From the IMG/VR virus record IMGVR_UViG_3300044677_000044, positions 33,019 to 97,018 of that record: DNA of 64,000 nucleotides. One strand, given 5' to 3'. Below the pieces are notes generated by a model. That model had not been told where the DNA came from. It was given only the letters and a program-made list of their open reading frames with translations, and did no database searches. The position numbers and the translations under genes are program-made. This document shows positions 60,618-64,000 of the stretch, in pieces. Source of the DNA: a virus. Within the stretch, counting starts at the first letter, position 1; each line of letters begins with the position of its first letter.

Positions 60618-61576
60618 CCAGCACCGCACCCGGCTGCGTGTTCTGCGCGATCGTCGCCGGACAAGCTCCCGCCACCGTCGTCCGGGAGTGGGACGACGCC
60701 GTCGCGATCCGGCCCCGCGGCGGCGTCAACGACAGGCACGTCCTCGTGCTGCCCCGCGTGCACGTCGAGGACGCCGGCACCGACCCGGACGTGACCGCAG
60801 CGGTCCACCGCCGCGCCGGCGAACTCCTCGCCGAGCACCCCGCCGGGAACCTCATCACCAGCAAGGGCCGTGACGCCACACAGACGGTGTTCCACCTCCA
60901 CGTTCACGTAGTGCCCCGCCAGGCCGGTGATGGGCTTCCGCTCCCGTGGACGCCCCAGCAGGAAGCCGCCACGGCCGCCCTGCAAGCCACGGCCGCCTCC
61001 ACCCCCGACCGGGCCACCACTTCCTCCAACGAGATCCCTCTGCCTCGGCTCGCCGGCATCCGGCTGCAACTGGTGTACGCACGCGAACCCATCCCGTTCA
61101 GCGACCAGATGGTTTTCCTCGCCGGGCCCACCCCGGTCGCAGGCGGCGACGTCCCCTCGTGGCGGCCGGCCGCGATCGAGGCCCTGGCGCAGCAGTGGGC
61201 CGGCCCCGGCCCACTGACCGTCCTCACTCCGGAATCCCGCGGCGGCGTACGCGCCGAGCACTACGACGACCAGGTCGGCTGGGAGACCGACGCCCGCGCA
61301 GCGGCGGACGTGGTCCTCTACTGGATTCCCCGCGACCTCCGCGCCCTCCCCGGCATGACCACGAACGTGGAATTCGGGCTGGATGTGGGCACCGGCAAGG
61401 CGGTCCTCGGTTGCCCGCCCGACTGCCCCAATCCAGAACGCAACCGCTACCTGATCTACGTCGCTCGCCGCCACGGCGTGCCGGTCCGCGAGAGGCTCCC
61501 GGACACCGTGGCCGCCGCCCTGGCCCTCATCCCCCCCACCACCAGCGACATCCCCGGATCGGACGGAGCAGCATGA
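60614..61576 (+). CDS. HIT hydrolase fused to a nucleoside 2-deoxyribosyltransferase-like domain
   Basis: CVFCAIVAG...HVLVLPRVH...QTVFHLHVHVVP (HIT triad) then VFLAGP...SWR...LTPE...QVGWE...YWIPR...TTNVEFG. Confidence 0.85.
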   Translation: MTSTAPGCVFCAIVAGQAPATVVREWDDAVAIRPRGGVNDRHVLVLPRVHVEDAGTDPDVTAAVHRRAGELLAEHPAGNLITSKGRDATQTVFHLHVHVVPRQAGDGLPLPWTPQQEAATAALQATAASTPDRATTSSNEIPLPRLAGIRLQLVYAREPIPFSDQMVFLAGPTPVAGGDVPSWRPAAIEALAQQWAGPGPLTVLTPESRGGVRAEHYDDQVGWETDARAAADVVLYWIPRDLRALPGMTTNVEFGLDVGTGKAVLGCPPDCPNPERNRYLIYVARRHGVPVRERLPDTVAAALALIPPTTSDIPGSDGAA

Positions 61577-62124
61577 CCAGCACCAACGACCAGGCCACCA
61601 CCGGGCAGTCGGCCGACGACGGCCGGGTGTGCCACATCCGCTCGACCCTGGACGACGCGGGGAAAGCGGCGTGCCTGATGGAGTGGGGGCCGGTCCAGGC
61701 CCTGCTCGAGCCGGACGTGGTCCTCGCGACCGCCCGGGACCTGGTGGCGGCCGCGTTCGCCGCAGAGACCGACATTGCCCTGATCGAGACGTTCCGGCAG
61801 GACGTGAAGATCCCCGACTACGCGCTCGGCCAGCTGCTGCAGTCGGTGCGCGGGCGGCGCCCGGAGCCGCGCGGGAAGGTCGCGCTGCGGATCGCGGCGG
61901 TCGCCGGCGCGAACACCGGGCTGCCGCTGGTCCACATCGGCCGCGGCTCGATGAAGGGCGAACTCAGCCCGGATGAGGCCCGGACCATGGCCGTGCAGTG
62001 GATCCAGACCGCGGTCGCCGCGCAGATCGACGTCCGCCTGCGGTACGCCCTCGGCGAGTGGGACAAGCTGACCGCGTCCGAGATCGAGGACCTGTTCGCC
62101 CTGGTCCAGGGAGTAGCGCGCTGA
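61573..62124 (+). CDS. Hypothetical protein
   Basis: ATG 61573, 183 aa, coupled to the upstream gene. Confidence 0.7.
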   Translation: MTSTNDQATTGQSADDGRVCHIRSTLDDAGKAACLMEWGPVQALLEPDVVLATARDLVAAAFAAETDIALIETFRQDVKIPDYALGQLLQSVRGRRPEPRGKVALRIAAVAGANTGLPLVHIGRGSMKGELSPDEARTMAVQWIQTAVAAQIDVRLRYALGEWDKLTASEIEDLFALVQGVAR

Positions 62125-62190
62125 TCCGCTGCCCGCCGCACGGCCGCTCCGCTACCGTGGTGCGCAGCAGCCCCGTCCCGGGAGGCCCCG

Positions 62191-62451
62191 ATGCCCCGCC
62201 TGATCTACAGCCCCGAAGAGGGCCACCAGCTCCTCACCGCCGCCGACACGGCAGCGGCCGAGGGTGCGGACCCCGCCCTGGCCGACCTCTACCGGCAGTT
62301 GGCCACCTCCGGCATCGACCTGGACGCGTGCACCCCGGATGAGACCGTGCGCGAGCAGCTCGGCATGCCGCCCCTGGCCGGCCACGACGACGACCAGGCC
62401 GAGCGCGATGGGCGCGGGCATGACGGCGGCGACCACCCGCATGCCGCCTAA
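62191..62451 (+). CDS. Small acidic protein (antitoxin-like)
   Basis: 86 aa, GGAGG RBS, overlaps the next gene by 11 bp. Confidence 0.5.
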   Translation: MPRLIYSPEEGHQLLTAADTAAAEGADPALADLYRQLATSGIDLDACTPDETVREQLGMPPLAGHDDDQAERDGRGHDGGDHPHAA

Positions 62452-62701
62452 GCACGCCGCGGGCGGTAGCCGCCGGGCCCGGATCGTGTGGCACGACACC
62501 GCCCTCAAGCAGATCAGCGCGATGACGCCCGGGGACCGGGCGCGTCTCGATCCGCTGCTGGCCGATATCTCCGCAGACCCGTCGGTCGGCGACCCGGACG
62601 ACTCCGGGCTGCTGCGGGACTACCAGCGCGACGGCTGCCGCTGCTTGTACGTCGCGACCGCCCTCGGAAGCGTGATCGTGGTCGCGTACGTAGAGGCATA
62701 A
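62441..62701 (+). CDS. RelE/ParE-like small protein (putative toxin)
   Basis: RIVWHDTALKQISAMTPGDRARLDPLLADISADP...RDYQRDGCRCLY...VIVVAYV pattern. Confidence 0.5.
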   Translation: MPPKHAAGGSRRARIVWHDTALKQISAMTPGDRARLDPLLADISADPSVGDPDDSGLLRDYQRDGCRCLYVATALGSVIVVAYVEA

Positions 62702-62708
62702 GCCCCCG

Positions 62709-63134
62709 TCAGGGATCCGGTTTGCAGACATCGCACGGGGTCGTGTCGTCGAACTGGAGCATCCCGCGCGCCCGCTCGGCACTCGGGACGGGCGTGATCC
62801 GGGTCCACGCGGCGATCTGCCCGAGCGTGAAGCAGTCGGCGAGGTGCAGTTCCATGGTGGGCTTGGTGCCGGGTGGCCTGCGGTCGTCCGTGCTGAGCAC
62901 GTACCGGGGCCCGGCCGGCTCACGCGGCACGGCGCTGTAGTCCTCGCCCTCGACCTGCTGCACGGCCCCTGCTGGCACGTACCAGGTGGCCTCCGCCCAC
63001 CACTCCCCGTCGGGTCCCTGCCGCCACCGCAGGATCCGCCCGGTGACCACACGCCCGTCGGGGAGGGTCACGCGCACGCGGGGCGGATCCGGTTGTTCGC
63101 TCACGCGTTCGAGCGTAGCGGGGGTGGGCCGCAC
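62709..63134 (-). CDS. DUF6233-like hypothetical protein
   Basis: RVRVTLPDG...WRQGPDGEWWAE...LHLADCF...CDVCKP. Confidence 0.55.
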   Translation of the reverse strand: MRPTPATLERVSEQPDPPRVRVTLPDGRVVTGRILRWRQGPDGEWWAEATWYVPAGAVQQVEGEDYSAVPREPAGPRYVLSTDDRRPPGTKPTMELHLADCFTLGQIAAWTRITPVPSAERARGMLQFDDTTPCDVCKPDP

Positions 63135-63640
63135 TGGCCCCGCCAGAAGGTGACGACGGGGCGGGATATGCCCAGTTCACGGGCCATCCGCGCGATTGCC
63201 GCGCCCTGACGGTCAGCGAAATAGGCGGCGATGTCGGCGTAGCCCAGCACGTGCGCTGCGTCGTCCATGCGGCGCCGGGCCGCCGCCCTCTTGCCCTGGC
63301 CTCCACGCCGCCGGGCTTCGCGGACCATCTCATAGGCCGCGCTCGCACGGGAGCCGGCGGCGACGTTCGCACGGTCGATGGCGCGATGTCCGTCGGCGAG
63401 GTTGGCGCGGACGTCCGGACGGTTCGCGTACCGGGCGATTCCCTGTTCGCGGGCGGCCGCGGTGAGTTCGGCGGCGCGCAGGCTCAGCTTGCGTGGCAGG
63501 CGGTAGGCGAGCCGGTAGTCGGCGCTGCTCATGCCGTGGGCGGGCGCGAGGTGCGGGGCAAGGAGCTTGTACCAGCCGCCGCACACCAGGCACCGGAGCC
63601 GGCCGCTCTCCTGCGGCTGTCGCCCTGACCCCGCAGTCAC
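63101..63640 (-). CDS. Ros/MucR-like Zn-finger DNA-binding protein
   Basis: LRCLVCGGWYKLLAPHLAPAHGMSSADYRLAYRLP plus C-terminal HTH IARMARELGISRPVVTFW. Confidence 0.75.
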   Translation of the reverse strand: MTAGSGRQPQESGRLRCLVCGGWYKLLAPHLAPAHGMSSADYRLAYRLPRKLSLRAAELTAAAREQGIARYANRPDVRANLADGHRAIDRANVAAGSRASAAYEMVREARRRGGQGKRAAARRRMDDAAHVLGYADIAAYFADRQGAAIARMARELGISRPVVTFWRGQCGPPPLRSNA

Positions 63641-64000
63641 TCGGTCGGGTCGGCGTAGGCGATCTGCAGCCCGGGCACTTCCAGTGCGATCCGGGCGACG
63701 ACGGCCCGGTGCCAGGCTGCGGGGAAGGGGCTCTCGGGGTGCGCGGCGTGGTACTCCTCATCCGACCGGTAGGTGATGACGGCAGGGTCGGGCCCGGTGA
63801 GGAGTCGCGGGACGATGCCGCCGATGAACTCGCCGGTGCGCTGCTCCAGGTCCTCGACCTCCAGTCGCACGCCGTCGGGGATGTCGTACCGGCCGGCCTC
63901 CCAGTGGCGGACGGTTCGTGCGGACAATCCGAGGTGGGCGCCGAGCCACTCGGGGGTCAGGCCGAGGAACTCGCGGGTGACGCGCATTTCGGCGTCGGTC
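63637..64000 (-). CDS. XRE-type HTH protein (DUF1870/Aca2-YdiL-like); start just beyond the window
   Basis: ..TDAEMRVTREFLGLTPEWLGAHLGLSARTVRHWEAGRYDIPDGV; reading frame open to the right edge. Confidence 0.7.
   Translation of the reverse strand, partial: TDAEMRVTREFLGLTPEWLGAHLGLSARTVRHWEAGRYDIPDGVRLEVEDLEQRTGEFIGGIVPRLLTGPDPAVITYRSDEEYHAAHPESPFPAAWHRAVVARIALEVPGLQIAYADPTE

Larger units (their letters stand above)
1..64000. mobile_element. Streptomyces-type temperate siphovirus / phage-plasmid (part of a larger element)
   Basis: Complete head-tail morphogenesis gene order, terminase, HNH, replication initiator with iterons and early accessory genes. No host core genes. Ends not in window (tail gene runs off the left edge, HTH gene off the right edge). 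Confidence 0.95.

Noticed and set aside
169-63949. Hundreds of long overlapping ORFs in the six-frame track on the antisense strand or alternative frames (e.g. 3730..5643, 33939..36254, 36737..38995)
   Set aside because: Arg/Gly/Pro-rich shadow ORFs typical of roughly 72% GC DNA; they overlap genes with clear motifs and GC3 bias.
1-64000. CRISPR array
   Set aside because: No regularly spaced repeats with unique 30-40 bp spacers; the repeat clusters found are irregular, coding-embedded or only two copies.

Overview
High-GC actinobacterial (Streptomyces-like) temperate siphophage or phage-plasmid. The whole window appears to be one element, with no host housekeeping genes, integrase or lysis genes visible. 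Layout: (i) 1-29.0 kb, minus strand, is one long late operon: HTH regulator, a glycan-biosynthesis block (Pro/Thr-rich lipoprotein, GT-A glycosyltransferase, SAM methyltransferase, UDP-glucose/GDP-mannose dehydrogenase, DEDD exoribonuclease, second methyltransferase, second GT-A), HNH, a GATC-rich probable cos region, prim-pol, TerS/TerL, portal, MuF-like protein, scaffold, major capsid, two paralogous GT4 glycosyltransferases interleaved with the head-tail genes, tail tube, frameshifted tail chaperones, tape measure and minor tail genes. (ii) 32.6-45.2 kb is a Streptomyces plasmid/AICE-type conjugation module (TraB-like FtsK ATPase, TraA, SpdB-like protein, DUF3307, divergent GntR Kor/TraR repressor). 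(iii) 46.5-47.9 kb is a replication initiator containing four palindromic 18-bp iterons. (iv) 49.7-62.7 kb, plus strand, is an early region with a duplicated promoter/operator, a sigma-like protein, a complete tRNA-Leu(UAA) (bldA-type anticodon), a truncated N6-methyltransferase, ASCH, PNK-like kinase, DEDD exonuclease, a HIT-nucleoside deoxyribosyltransferase-like fusion and a RelE-like pair. The most striking candidate systems are a probable virion-glycosylation pathway with its own modified-sugar supply (capsid and tail-tube proteins both end in Ser), a phage-borne bldA-like tRNA, and about 27 parS-half-site-like motifs embedded in the spdB-like gene. All family calls are from motif recognition by eye, with no database searches run.
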